Positions 11,487 to 23,800 of a stretch of DNA of 64,000 bases are shown in pieces. The stretch is taken from positions 53,353,504-53,417,503 of the forward strand of contig NC_068996.1 in NCBI RefSeq assembly GCF_001194135.2, written 5' to 3'. The stretch is from Octopus bimaculoides (lineage: Eukaryota). A program made the position numbers and the translations under genes. Each line of letters starts with the position of its first letter. Within the stretch, counting starts at the first letter, position 1. The notes below the pieces were generated by a model that saw only the letters and a list, made by a program, of their open reading frames with translations, did not search any database and was not told the origin of the DNA.

Positions 11487-13299
11487 TCTGAGGTGGTCAG
11501 AATGTATAATTAAATAATTAAGCTTAAACTAATTATAAACAATACAACTGCTAATGCATCTCAGTCAGCACTGGCAGATGAACAGAAGGATCACTATTAT
11601 GAGGTCTTTGTATGTGCTACTCCCATAACAAACGGCAGTAACTGCATTACTACACCTGGAAATCTTAATAGACATGTTGGAAGACAACAGGAGAATTTCT
11701 TTGGAGACTATGGTTACAGTATGAGTAGTGAGGAAGGCTCCTGGTGTTCTGTGAAGCAAGTTAATTGCCAGTCATATGACCACCTCTCAATCAAGTGAAC
11801 AGATAGATTTTACTCACACCAGATGAAGAGATAAACAGATAGCTATAAATGCTAAGTACTTTCTTAGTGAGAGATGTACTAACAAAAATTGATTAATGAC
11901 TAATAGCTTTAATTTTCTCCTGTGACGTTTCCTTCTGCTGTCCCTCCTGCTTAGTTTGACACTGTTGGCTCCCTATCAACCCACTCTCCTCACCATACCA
12001 CAAACATGTACCTGCCTTTTGTGTTTCTCTCCCATCATGATGCCTAAGTAGTCACGGATTGCAGTAGATCTATTTACTCCCCATTTACCATCCTGTGCCA
12101 CCTGCCATCCCTTCCTCATCTCCAGAACACCCTTGTTGATATTCATCACTCCCTTTCCATCACCTGCACTCTCTTTTTTCTTAACAGATAACATTATTAC
12201 CCACTTCTATTCTATTAGCTACAACTCTCTCTTTGCCTAACTCTAACCCTGACCCTACTCATTTCTGACATCCATTCACACCCTCTTATCACTGACCATT
12301 TCTATAAGTACCTAAATTCACACTCTCTTTCCCTCTCTTTTACCAGTAGATGAATAACTGCCAGTAGTAGCACTAGATTTATAGTGGGGTAAAGGGGATG
12401 ATTGCCTCGGGCCACCCTCAATATCAGGAAGTGGGGCTACTACGAAGAGTATGGAGCACTTCATGGAGGGAGGCCCCCACCGCCAAGCAATCTTGCATGA
12501 AGAGGATCTCTTTCAACATACAAACATATCTTGACTTAAAGAATGTAATGGATTCTCCATTTGAGTGTTGGGCTTCATGGAAGCAAAGTGGCTGAATTCC
12601 TTTTGAGTGTTGGGCCTCTTGAAGGCAATGAGAGACTTTTGGAATTACATTGTGCTTGAGAAGAAGACCCATCAAACCAAGCAAAATCACAGTCACGGCA
12701 GATACTGGTGTCACACAAATGGCACCCATGCCGGTGGCATGTAAAAGCACTCATTACACTCTAGTTGATTTTAGGAAGGGCATCCAGCCATAGAAATCAT
12801 GCCAAATCAGACTGGAGTCTGGTGCAGCCTTCCAACATGCCAGCTCTGGTCAAATTGTCCAACCCATGTCAGCATGTACAATGGACGATGATGATGATGA
12901 TGATGATGATAACCATAAATTTCTCCATGATACTGACACCAATTTATTCAATTACAAAAAATAGTTTGCTACCCAATCCCCAAAGCAGCTACAATTAATT
13001 CACAAGGGAATTGTAGCTGCTTGTAGAGCGATGACAGAAAAACGGAAAACAACAAATGTGTGTGTGTGTATGTGCGTGTGTGTGTGTGTGTGTGCGTGTG
13101 TGTGTGTGTGTGTGTGTGCACATGTGTATGTATGTCATTGTTCAGTTTTATTTCAAGATTTCTTGCCAATAGAGAAAGAACCGGTTTCCAGCCTAGATCC
13201 AAGGCGCCTTCATTGGAATTTCAACATCAACAACAGGGTATTTTTGTTTGTATGTATGTATGTATGTATGTATGTATGCATGCAGATTTGTATGTCTTA

Positions 13300-13822
13300 T
13301 ATATGTATACAAAGGCAAAGGTGACGCTTTAGATACAAATAATTACAGAGGCATCAAGCTGTTAGATCAGGTTATGAAAGTTACGGAGAGGGTCATAGCC
13401 CAACTAATTAGGGAGCAAATCAATTTAGATGAGATACAGTTTGAGGTGGTGAGGCAAGACCTTCAAACATTGGGCCTCACCGAGGCGATGACTACTGACC
13501 GAGACCTTTGGAAATGTGCTGTGCGTGAGAAGATCCGGCAAGCCAAGTGAGATTGTTGCCAGTGCCCCTGGACTGTCTCTTGTGCGGGTGGTNNNNNNNN
13601 NNNNNNNNNNNNNNNNNNNNNNNNNNNNNNNNNNNNNNNNNNNNNNNNNNNNNNNNNNNNNNNNNNNNNNNNNNNNNNNNNNNNNNNNNNNNNNNNNNNN
13701 NNNNNNNNNNNNNNNNNNNNNNNGGAGCCTGGTGTTGCCATCCGGTTTCACCAGTCCTCAGTCAAATCGTCCAACCCATGCTAGCATGGAAAGCGGACGT
13801 TAAACGATGATGATGATGATGA
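13300..13822 (+). mobile_element. RTE-clade LINE fragment with large internal deletion and (GAT)n tail
   Basis: KGKGDALDTNNYRGIKLLDQVMKV (RT N-terminus) is fused at about 13442 to the C-terminal EVVRQDLQTLGLTEAMTTDRDLW, followed by a 3' UTR and GAT repeats. Confidence 0.8.
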
Positions 13823-16800
13823 TATACATATATACGATGGGCTTCTTTTAGTTTCCGTCTACCAAATCCACTCACAAGGCTTTGGTCGGCCCGAGGCTAT
13901 AGTAGAAGACACTTGCCCAAGGTGTCACGCAGTGGGAATGAACCTAGAACCATGTGGTTGGTAAGCAAGCTACTTACCACATAGCCACTCGTGCGCCTAA
14001 TTAGATAATTTTCAATTAAAAAAAATGACGTCTAAATTGGGGAAAAATGAATGAATAATTTCAATAATTTCTCCTCTTTAATTGCATTCTGTGGAAATAT
14101 ATAGTGAAGAGACATACCAGCAGATCATGAAGAAGTACGAGAGAATATTTTATGTTGGGTTTTTAGATTTTAACTGAGTTTCATTAATTTCATGTCATGT
14201 GCCATTTTTCCATGACCTCCTTTAATTTGACCTAAATATTTAAAATTTTTGTAGATGGATATTGACAAGTATGGCTCTTTTATCAAATGTAATTCTGGAG
14301 AGTTAAAGAGGCAAATTTGCCCATTTTGTCCCATCTAAATTTTCTTTTATATTCTCAAAGAGAACAGAGATAATTTTCTGAAATAATGGTCTGAAATGTT
14401 ATTGTGTTTTTAAGGCTCTTAGAGATCATTTGCTTGGGTGATACAGTTTTTGTAAAGTAGTTAACATTTGTAAAAAAAAAAACAATAAATATTACTCATT
14501 GTACCCCACCAACTCCTACTGGAAACTGAAAAAGTGGACTTTCGGAATAGCTGTCCATTACAAGTTGGAATGTTCCTGTTTTTGTTGAGATTTTCCGCTC
14601 TTTTTTCAAGCATTATAAAACAATGCAGAGAAGCATTTTTAAAACAAGAATTTTAAAAATCCATATTTTTTAAATGTTTGTCTCCCCACCCCCACCCCCC
14701 ACCATACATTGTGCCTTTCGAACAGCGATGACNNNNNNNNNNCCCCACCAACTCCTACTGGAAACTGAAAAAGTGGACTTTCGGAATAGCTGTCCATTAC
14801 AAGTTGGAATGTTCCTGTTTTTGTTGAGATTTTCCGCTCTTTTTTCAAGCATTATAAAACAATGCAGAGAAGCATTTTTAAAACAAGAATTTTAAAAATC
14901 CATATTTTTTAAATGTTTGTCTCCCCACCCCCACCCCCCACCATACATTGTGCCTTTCGAACAGCGATGACCACTAAGATGGTATATTTTTCTTTTCCGT
15001 TATATTCCGTTATTTTATTGTATTCCACATTCCGAAGAGTGTATCTATAAAGTGACATTTCCAGTGGTTTATTTAAACTTTTTCTACTAACTCATCAAAT
15101 TCAATTACATGCCATACATGGGTTTTGAGATTTAAATTTCGTAATTTTCCAAGATTTTAATTTTTGTATACAAGGGGCTCCAAAACTCAAAGTGCCCCAG
15201 GCCCCCATAGTTTAAATCCAGTCCTGGCCATTAGTATATCTCTCTTTCATTACCCTATGCTATTGCTGTCTCTCTCTTTGTCTTAGCATGTGGTTGTAAG
15301 TATATACTTGCCTCTCTTGAAAAATCCAAAGAAGCAGAAATCTGGATTTAGCAATGGCACCATGGCTGCTTGATGAGTTTCATTTGCCATTGATGTGCCT
15401 GTGTTTTTTAGCACTATACATCTAAAAGACATGCTATTTCGAAATGTATACCACAGTTTATCAAACTTTCACTGATGTATCTGCTTTAAGTATGCTAGAC
15501 AGATTGTTATTTTGAACTAATACTGCTGCTGTTACTCATAATGAATACATGTGTATATGTATGTGTGTGTGTGGCTGTTTTTTTTTTAAGCCTGGTACTT
15601 ATTCTGTTGACCACTTTTACCAAAACACTGTTACAGAGATATAAACATGTCAACACTTGTCAAGCAGGGGAAGGGGAGGGCGGAGCGCAAACAAACAGAC
15701 AGACAGACAGACACACGAACGCACACACACACACACATATGTAGTACATATATATAAGCAAATTAACTAGTTAGAAAATTTCTCAGTACGTGGCGATAAA
15801 CATTACAGCTATATATTTATATATATATATATGTGTGTGTATGTGTGTGTATATATATATATATATTTGTATGTATATAGAAAAAATATATACACATGTT
15901 TATGTATGTATGTAAAAAAATGCAAACTAAGCTTATGCACCACATAGCTAGATGGGCTTAGAAGAAAAGTCGTAGTATTTAATTATTATTATTATTATCA
16001 TTAAAATATCAATATTACATTAATACACATGTACATTTTAATCGGCAAATTTATCACGTACCTCAAGGGTGTACCCTGGCACTTGCCACCATCTATATCA
16101 CTCTCTGCCTTTATTCAACCATCCCATTTATATTCTGATCCCTGTCCCTTGTGAGTATACTCAACACTTTGCCACCATCTCCCACACTCTCTCTCTCTCC
16201 TCCTGCACTTCCCTCAGGTTAGGTAACCATGTATCTCCTTTGTGGCAGCACACCTGTTTCTGTCTCCATTCCTGGTCTTTTTCTCTCTCCAGCCAGGTAA
16301 CCTTGTACTTCCTCTACAGCAAGACACCTGTTTCTGTCTCTCTGTCTCACTATAACCTTTCATCATCACCTCCTCCAATGCCCCCTCCCCTCTCAAAAGA
16401 TCTTTGTCTTGCAAGTTACTTGGTGACCCTGTCAGTGCAGGTGCCACTTAAAAAGCATCCTATCAACACTGTAAAGTGGCTGGCATTTGGAAGGGCATCC
16501 AAATCTAAAACCCTTGCCAAAGCTGACCTGACTTGTGCTTGTGCCACGTAAAAAGTACTAAGTCCACTCTGCTGAATGGTTGGTGTTAGGAAGGGCATCC
16601 AGCTGTAAAGATCCTGCCAAAACAGTCACAAAAGTCTGGTGCAGGATGATGCACCCTATATATANNNNNNNNNNNNNNNNNNNNNNNNNNNNNNNNNNNN
16701 NNNNNNNNNNNNNNNNNNNNNNNNNNNNNNNNNNNNNNNNNNNNNNNNNNNNNNNNNNNNNNNNNNNNNNNNNNNNNNNNNNNNNNNNNNNNNNNNNNNN

Positions 16801-17236
16801 NNNNNNNNNNNNNNNNNNNNNNNNNNNNNNNNNNNNNNNNNNNNNNNNNNNNNNNNNNNNNNNNNNNNNNNNNNNNNNNNNNNNNNNNNNNNNNNNNNNN
16901 NNNNNNNNNNNNNNNNNNNNNNNNNNNNNNNNNNNNNNNNNNNNNNNNNNNNNNNNNNNNNNNNNNNNNNNNNNNNNNNNNNNNNNNNNNNNNNNNNNNN
17001 NNNNNNNNNNNNNNNNNNNNNNNNNNNNNNNNNNNNNNNNNNNNNNNNNNNNNNNNNNNNNNNNNNNNNNNNNNNNNNNNNNNNNNNNNNNNNNNNNNNN
17101 NNNNNNNNNNNNNNNNNNNNNNNNNNNNNNNNNNNNNNNNNNNNNNNNNNNNNNNNNNNNNNNNNNNNNNNNNNNNNNNNNNNNNNNNNNNATATATATA
17201 TAAAAAAATATATATATATATAAATATATATACATA

Positions 17237-17430
17237 CTTTATTTAAAAGCAGCAGAAATATAACAAAAGACTGTTACTTGGAGTTTCACGTTCCCAATGA
17301 ACGGAAACATGAAACTCCGAGTAACAGTCTTTTGTTATATTTCTGCTGCTTTTAAATAAAGCATATTACTCTACCTCTGGTATTTGAGTACTCTTTTTTC
17401 CACCTTGTTGCACATTTTATGTGCTTACTC

Positions 17431-17432
<2 letters not shown>
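17237..17432 (+). mobile_element. 59-bp-arm hairpin plus one-sided tail (third inverted-end family, tentative)
   Basis: 17237-17295 vs 17303-17361 match at 56/59 as an inverted repeat with a 7-nt loop. About 70 nt of unique tail follows. It sits in TA repeats, so a TSD cannot be assessed. Confidence 0.5.
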
Positions 17433-17475
<43 letters not shown>

Positions 17476-17869
17476 CACACACATACATATGTATGTATGC
17501 ATATATATGTATATATCATCATCATCATCATTGTTTAACATCTGCCTTCCATGCTGGCAAGGCTGGGACATGCATGTATGTATGTATATGTGTGTATATG
17601 TGTATATTTAAAAAAAAACATTAAAAGTCAGCTTGAATCTTGATTGCTTGCTTGCAATGTTACCCAGCCAAACTGGCGCATAAAGGGAAAATACTATGAA
17701 TTAAGTTTCCCCTGAAATGTAAATACAAACAGAATAAAACAAATTTCGCGTAAACCAGACAAGTGGTTGTAGAGATATTAGGTGTTTGTGGGGTATATAT
17801 ACTCAAAATAGTGCATAATGGGAAAATATTCTGAAAATAATTTAATCCTGAAAGGGGAGAAACTCTTAC

Positions 17870-17890
17870 CTTTTGATTAGACACAGTAAT
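17870..17890 (-). other. Candidate 21-nt micro-exon of a divergent (minus-strand) transcript
   Basis: Minus strand reads cctattttttcgttgtcAG|ATTACTGTGTCTAATCAAAAG|GTAAGA, with canonical acceptor and strong donor. No transcript evidence. Confidence 0.3.
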
Positions 17891-18112
17891 CTGACAACGA
17901 AAAAATAGGATTTGTTTTTTACAGTAAATGTTTCTATATTCGCTTTTGTTAAACACAATATTTTAATCATTTAGAAATATTTTTAATTGAATGTGATTTC
18001 AAAAATGTAAGTTGTTTGTACAGTAAGTATTTATATTTTAGCTTTCTTTAAACACACAATATTTTAATGTTTTTAAGGTTTTTTTCGAGTACATTCAACA
18101 TATCTCACCTCC

Positions 18113-18229
18113 AAAGATTTGGCTGCTATTTCTAGCCCACCCTACGACCATGTAACAGCCATTTGCGATAAAGGACCCGAAATACGTTATGTGGTAGCAG
18201 GGTGTGCAAGAAATAGCAGCCAAATCTTT
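18113..18229. repeat. Imperfect inverted repeat (about 45-bp arms)
   Basis: aaagatttggctgctatttct ... agaaatagcagccaaatcttt. The arm motif recurs degenerately at about 20545 and 52885. Confidence 0.65.
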
Positions 18230-18392
18230 CCTTTCTGGGGAAAGGAGGTGTTTACTCGCGATTTTGATGTCACATTTGTTGAAAGCATGGGACATAACCT
18301 GGAAAAGAGAAAACCCCCCACAAAACAAAACTCTGTTGCTGGTAAACTCAGACTTTCCTGTGGACCCAACAGGTCACAGGTAGTCTAATATA

Positions 18393-18427
<35 letters not shown>

Positions 18428-18437
18428 NNNNNNNNNN

Positions 18438-18469
<32 letters not shown>

Positions 18470-19168
18470 CATGCTTATATGTTTCTTCTGCAGCAGGACA
18501 CCTGTTTCTATCCCTGTCACACTCTAATTTTTCATCACCTGGCACAAGGCCACCTCCTCCAATGCCCCTCCCTTCTCAAAGGATCTTTGTCGTGCACATT
18601 GCTTGTTGACCCCGCCATTGCTGGTGTATCCAGCTACACTGTAAAGTCCTTGAGTGTTTGGAAGGGCATCCAGTAGTAAAAACCATACCAAAACAGGCCT
18701 CACTAGTGCTGGTGCAATGTAAAAAGCACTCATTCCACTCTGTAAAGTGGTTGGTATTATGAAGGGCCGTAAAAACCCTGCCAAAACAGACAGTGAATCC
18801 TAGCTCAGTCATCTGCCTTACTAGCTCTTAACAAACTGTCCAACTCATGCCAGCATGGAAAATGGACATTAAATGATGATGATGATGGTATATATATATA
18901 TATATATTTATATATCAGAGGTATGGTTTTTACTACTGGATGCCCTTCCAAACACCCAAGGACTTTACAGTGTAGCTGGATACACCAGCAATGGCGGGGT
19001 CAACAAGCAATGTGCACTGCCCATCCATCGAAAATGGCAAATTCATTATAAATACGAACACCTTATTCATTGATTTAATAACAAATCTTTTGTTATACCC
19101 CTGCCTGAAATTTGGTGGCATTAGGGGTGTAGCAACACACCTAGTACAACAACCACTACCATATACCA

Positions 19169-19207
<39 letters not shown>

Positions 19208-20280
19208 TGGGGAGGCTGGTTTATGGGATTATCCTGGGTTCCCCGTCCATAAAGGATTTAGCTTTATGGCGTATCGTCTATCCTGACACTTTCTTTTTAT
19301 TTAGTATTTTTCCACTGATGTCCATCTAATATCCATGTTTTTGTTTCAAAACAACATGAACTCAGAATCGGCAAAAAATTAACATAAAGAAAGTGTTTTT
19401 GTTTTGTTTTGTTTTTGTAAATTAGAGGCTGATCATTGTTTGTTGATTTCCAAATGCCGTACTTTTTCTTTCTTTTTTCATATACAAATATATTTCGTAT
19501 GCATTTGAAGTGTATAAATATATTTTGCTCGCATAAGAAAACGTTACATGCTTCTCTTTCTGAAAATTCAGAAATTCTGCTTACCCTAACTCTTAGTTCC
19601 AATTTATTGAGAATGAAAATGTAACCATAAATGCGAGCAAAATACATATTCTTCAAATGTAAATAAAATATATTTATATACACGAAAATATATATATATA
19701 TACTGAAGCTGTAAATCCCGTACCCTAATTAGTTTCTGATTTATATATAAAAAAAAATTTGTTAATTAAAAAGAGATCTACAAATTTTGAATCTTTGTTG
19801 TATCCGAGGGGGTTAATAAAACTACACTAAAACGAACTTTAAAATCAATATCGAATTAAAATCAATATCGACGTAATGTACATGCATTCATGTTTATATA
19901 TCAGTATTTGTTCCTTCTTATTCTTTCAATGGTCAGTGATGGTTTTCCGCGGACGTAAGTGGACGGTCATCATTTCCATGCCTCCTCCTCCCCCTCGCTC
20001 TCATTATCTCTCACTCTCTCTCTCTCTCCTCCTCTCCCTCTCTCTTTCTCTCCATTGGAGGCTGAGGTTACGCCTTTGTTACACCCTATATCTACCCGTT
20101 ATTTCTTATGCCCCTCAATATTCTAAGAGTTGCCTTGAGGAACCCGATGACCACGGGAAACTGAATGTCGACTGAATAAAGTCTATTAACAGTATATCAT
20201 TTATGTGTTGGTGTATGTAATGTACATTGAAAAACAAAAAATTAATGAGCATCATAATGAACGTTAATAGAGAACCGGGT

Positions 20281-20362
<82 letters not shown>

Positions 20363-20559
20363 GAACTAACACATTCATTGTTGTTTAAGCCCCAAATTAG
20401 CTCTGATCGAACAGACATATGATTAAAGGCATTCCCGTCTAGATCCTCTCATTTCCCTTATATATAAACTTATAATGTATCCTGGACTACATTATCTAAC
20501 ACGTCCTTCCTTTTTTCCTAGATAGGTTATGGTGTAACCAGAAAGAGATTTTTGGCTGT

Positions 20560-20831
20560 TATTTTTAGCATGTCGATCGACCAGTTAGAGGTCGGTTATT
20601 TCGCGAAGTCATGAGTAGTTTGCGTTCCGTGACTCTGAGCCTTGTCACATGATTAACATATGACGTCACGTGTACTATCACACTGACGACTCGGGATATT
20701 TCGTCTTAGTTCTCAGGAGTTTAGAAAATAACAGACACACATATATATATACATATATATTTACATCTATGTTATATATACCATGCTGAAATTGCCACTT
20801 ATAGCTCCGTCTGAGATGCGTTCATGGTAAA
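20560..20831 (+). promoter_or_regulatory. Candidate promoter/first-exon region with CRE and MiT/TFE-type E-boxes
   Basis: Visibly CpG-richer than the flanks. GTCACATGAT at 20644-20653. TGACGTCACGTG (CRE overlapping CACGTG) at 20661-20672. Candidate donor ATG|GTAAAT at 20826. Confidence 0.4.
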
Positions 20832-23800
20832 TTTTGATTTTTAACTTTATAATTATTTAAAAATCTATATCAATTAACCTTTACTTAATTATAATCAGCT
20901 TTTCTTTCCCTATTTGATATCATGTTTACCAAGTACCACATTGCCTATATTTTTATATTAATTAAGTTGTCGACGACATTTATTAATTTATGTTATATTT
21001 ACATTTCTCAATACACTGCTATTCTTGATACTGTTTTTAATGTCTTAATTACATATATTGTATTAATTATTGAATACACCGGAAAAAAAAAAGAATCTAG
21101 CCTTAGAAACTAGAGCATTGGAGTAAATGCTTAACCGTATAAAGCTCTAGCTTTATTCCTCTACGTCCTGAGATCAGTTCAGCCGGGATCGACTTCGTCT
21201 TTTATTCATTCGAGGTCTGTGAAGTAAGTAAGTAGCAGTCATGCACTGAGATAAGTTCAATCAAATAATATTTTCCCTACTACATATGTGTGGCTTGCAT
21301 CATTATAGGTAATCATTGTTGCCAAGGTTATTTTCTTAATTTAGTTTTCAATCGTTTTTTTTTTTGTCGATATATTCATTAGGGTAATTAATTAGTCTTA
21401 ACCTTTTTTTCTTTTATTTCTGAACTAAGATTTTGTGACAATTAGTCTTTTATAATTGAATTAACACAATTTCTTTCTCCTACGTATTCCAGTAAAGACG
21501 TTTGTCAGCTGTCGTATATGGTATTATTCATTGCTAACCACACTCAACGATGAAGATACCTTGTGACTGCAGAATCATAACCTCCCTCATTATTTTAGAC
21601 ATCTACTTCAATCCTCTGATCGCTCAAAATTTTGAATTATCAGAGAAAAATCATATATAACTTGTTTGATTATCAGATTGGTTTTTTTTTTTGCGATTCC
21701 CTCGAGTCATCACTTGTGTTCTTTATGACAATTGCAGTCTTCGATTTTCCTCTTAACAAAATTTTTATATTAATTTACACCAAGATTCTTCTAAATCAAA
21801 TACAAAAGCATTATCTTTTCGGTTTTGCCCTTGTATTCTGCAATAAAGGCGATTTTTCAAGTATATTATGGAATATATGACATTAACACTAACATAAGAG
21901 AAAAAGAACCGGCCTGCTGGCAGTACTCGATGTTCGTATTTATTGCATTCTACAGTTGCTTGAAATGCAATAAATACGTGTTTANNNNNNNNNNNNNNNN
22001 NNNNNNNNNNNNNNNNNNNNNNNNNNNNNNNNNNNNNNNNNNNNNNNNNNNNNNNNNNNNNNNNNNNNNNNNNNNNNNNNNNNNNNNNNNNNNNNNNNNN
22101 NNNNNNNNNNNNNNNNNNNNNNNNNNNNNNNNNNNNNNNNNNNNNNNNNNNNNNNNNNNNNNNNNNNNNNNNNNNNNNNNNNNNNNNNNNNNNNNNNNNN
22201 NNNNNNNNNNNNNNNATATATATATATATATAAGGTGTATGTGTTATTAGAGTAGAAAATCATAAAAACACCATTCTGATCGATTTCTGTGGTAGTCTTC
22301 TAAAATGGTAAAAGCTAGCTGACCGAGGTACTTTACAGAATACTTATTTTTGTAAAGAAAAATTGTTAATATTAGAAAAAGATGGTGTATAAACCGTTTT
22401 ATGGTCCTCAGTATATGATAAAACTATTTGCGTAAGAGCAAAAAGACCATAATTAAGAGTTGAGTAGTGGTTTTTACTTGTTTATTTTTCTAAATTGATA
22501 GATACTTCTATAATTTCTAGACATAATTCTATAATGGTACAATTCAGTTTCTAGATGGATAATTCTTTAATGATGCGATATATTTGTATGGCGATTAAGC
22601 CAGATCATGTTATTTTATCTATCATCGTTCGTCTGTTTCATCATACCCACACTATATTTCCTTCTAAATTGTTTTTTTTTTACATATTTTCTTCTTATTA
22701 ACTGTATTAATGTTGTTTCAATAAAGTTTTCAGCTAATTATTTCTTTCAGCCCTTTTTAATCGGTTTCTAAAAAACCTCATTCTTATTATTCTAATAATA
22801 TAAACGGTTTTTTGTTGTCTAATGAATGAATGAATCTCCCTACTAAAAGCTAGTGAATATATTATCGCAAACATCCCATATGATGAATAATTTCCAGAAA
22901 GCCGCTTTATTCTAATGAAGGTCAGAGTAAATTCTGCCTAATGAAGTGATCTACTTTCCTTGACAAATCTCTTGCTACATGAAGCTTACAGCTGTTTCTT
23001 CTTGGTACATTTTAAAGTTAATGTATCCAGAAATTTTGTGATCCAATCTAAACAGTGGCTAATACTTGTTTTTCCTTCACCTCGTAATTATTTCTTGTTA
23101 CTTTTTTCCCTGTTTGTTCCTTGAATTAAATATGTGAACACTTACGTTATTATCTTTTAGTTTTATGCCTTCGTGTACATTAAGTGCGTAAATATGGAAT
23201 AAATTAGGGTGGCGGACTGTTTTGAATTTTTATTTGATAATCCCCGTGTTTTCCATTGAAAAATTATGTTCTTAAAAAGTCATGGAAGAACTCATCAGGA
23301 TGAATTAAATCTGTAAAGGTATAATCATAATTTTCCCTAAGGCATCGGATCTTTTGTCTGGATTGTTGGAATCTCTGGTCCCTGAGTGCCGAAATTTTTA
23401 CAAATATGATACAGTTATGAATAACTACAAAATACATTTTAAGAATGTTGACTAAGTATTAGACAAAAACAACTTACTACTTGTATTACATATCTTAGTA
23501 GGGAATAATAATATCAGAATTTAGAAATCCGTTATTAAATCTTTGAGAAAAAGAAAATACTTAGATTCTTCGTAGTATATGTTCTATGCTGTCAAAGTTT
23601 TGAATCAGAATAGTGGTTCATTGACATTATGAATGAGTATTGAATAAAAAATAAAGACATTTTATTTTGTGTTTAATAGATTTTCTTGTTTTCTGCCTTT
23701 GGGACTTTTCCGTTTGAATACAAGTGTTTTTCTCTCTCGATCTCTCTCTTATATTCAAGAGACTTCTTGATGCAAAAAGCTATCGATATACAAAACAAAT

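Noticed and set aside
14503-14972. 230-bp exact tandem duplication
   Set aside because: The copies sit either side of a 10-N gap, so this is an unmerged contig overlap. The same pattern occurs at 1930-2020.
15312-15421. Minus-strand AG...GCAAGT-bounded 110-nt open segment
   Set aside because: Short acceptor, non-canonical donor and unrecognisable peptide. Not supportable without RNA data.
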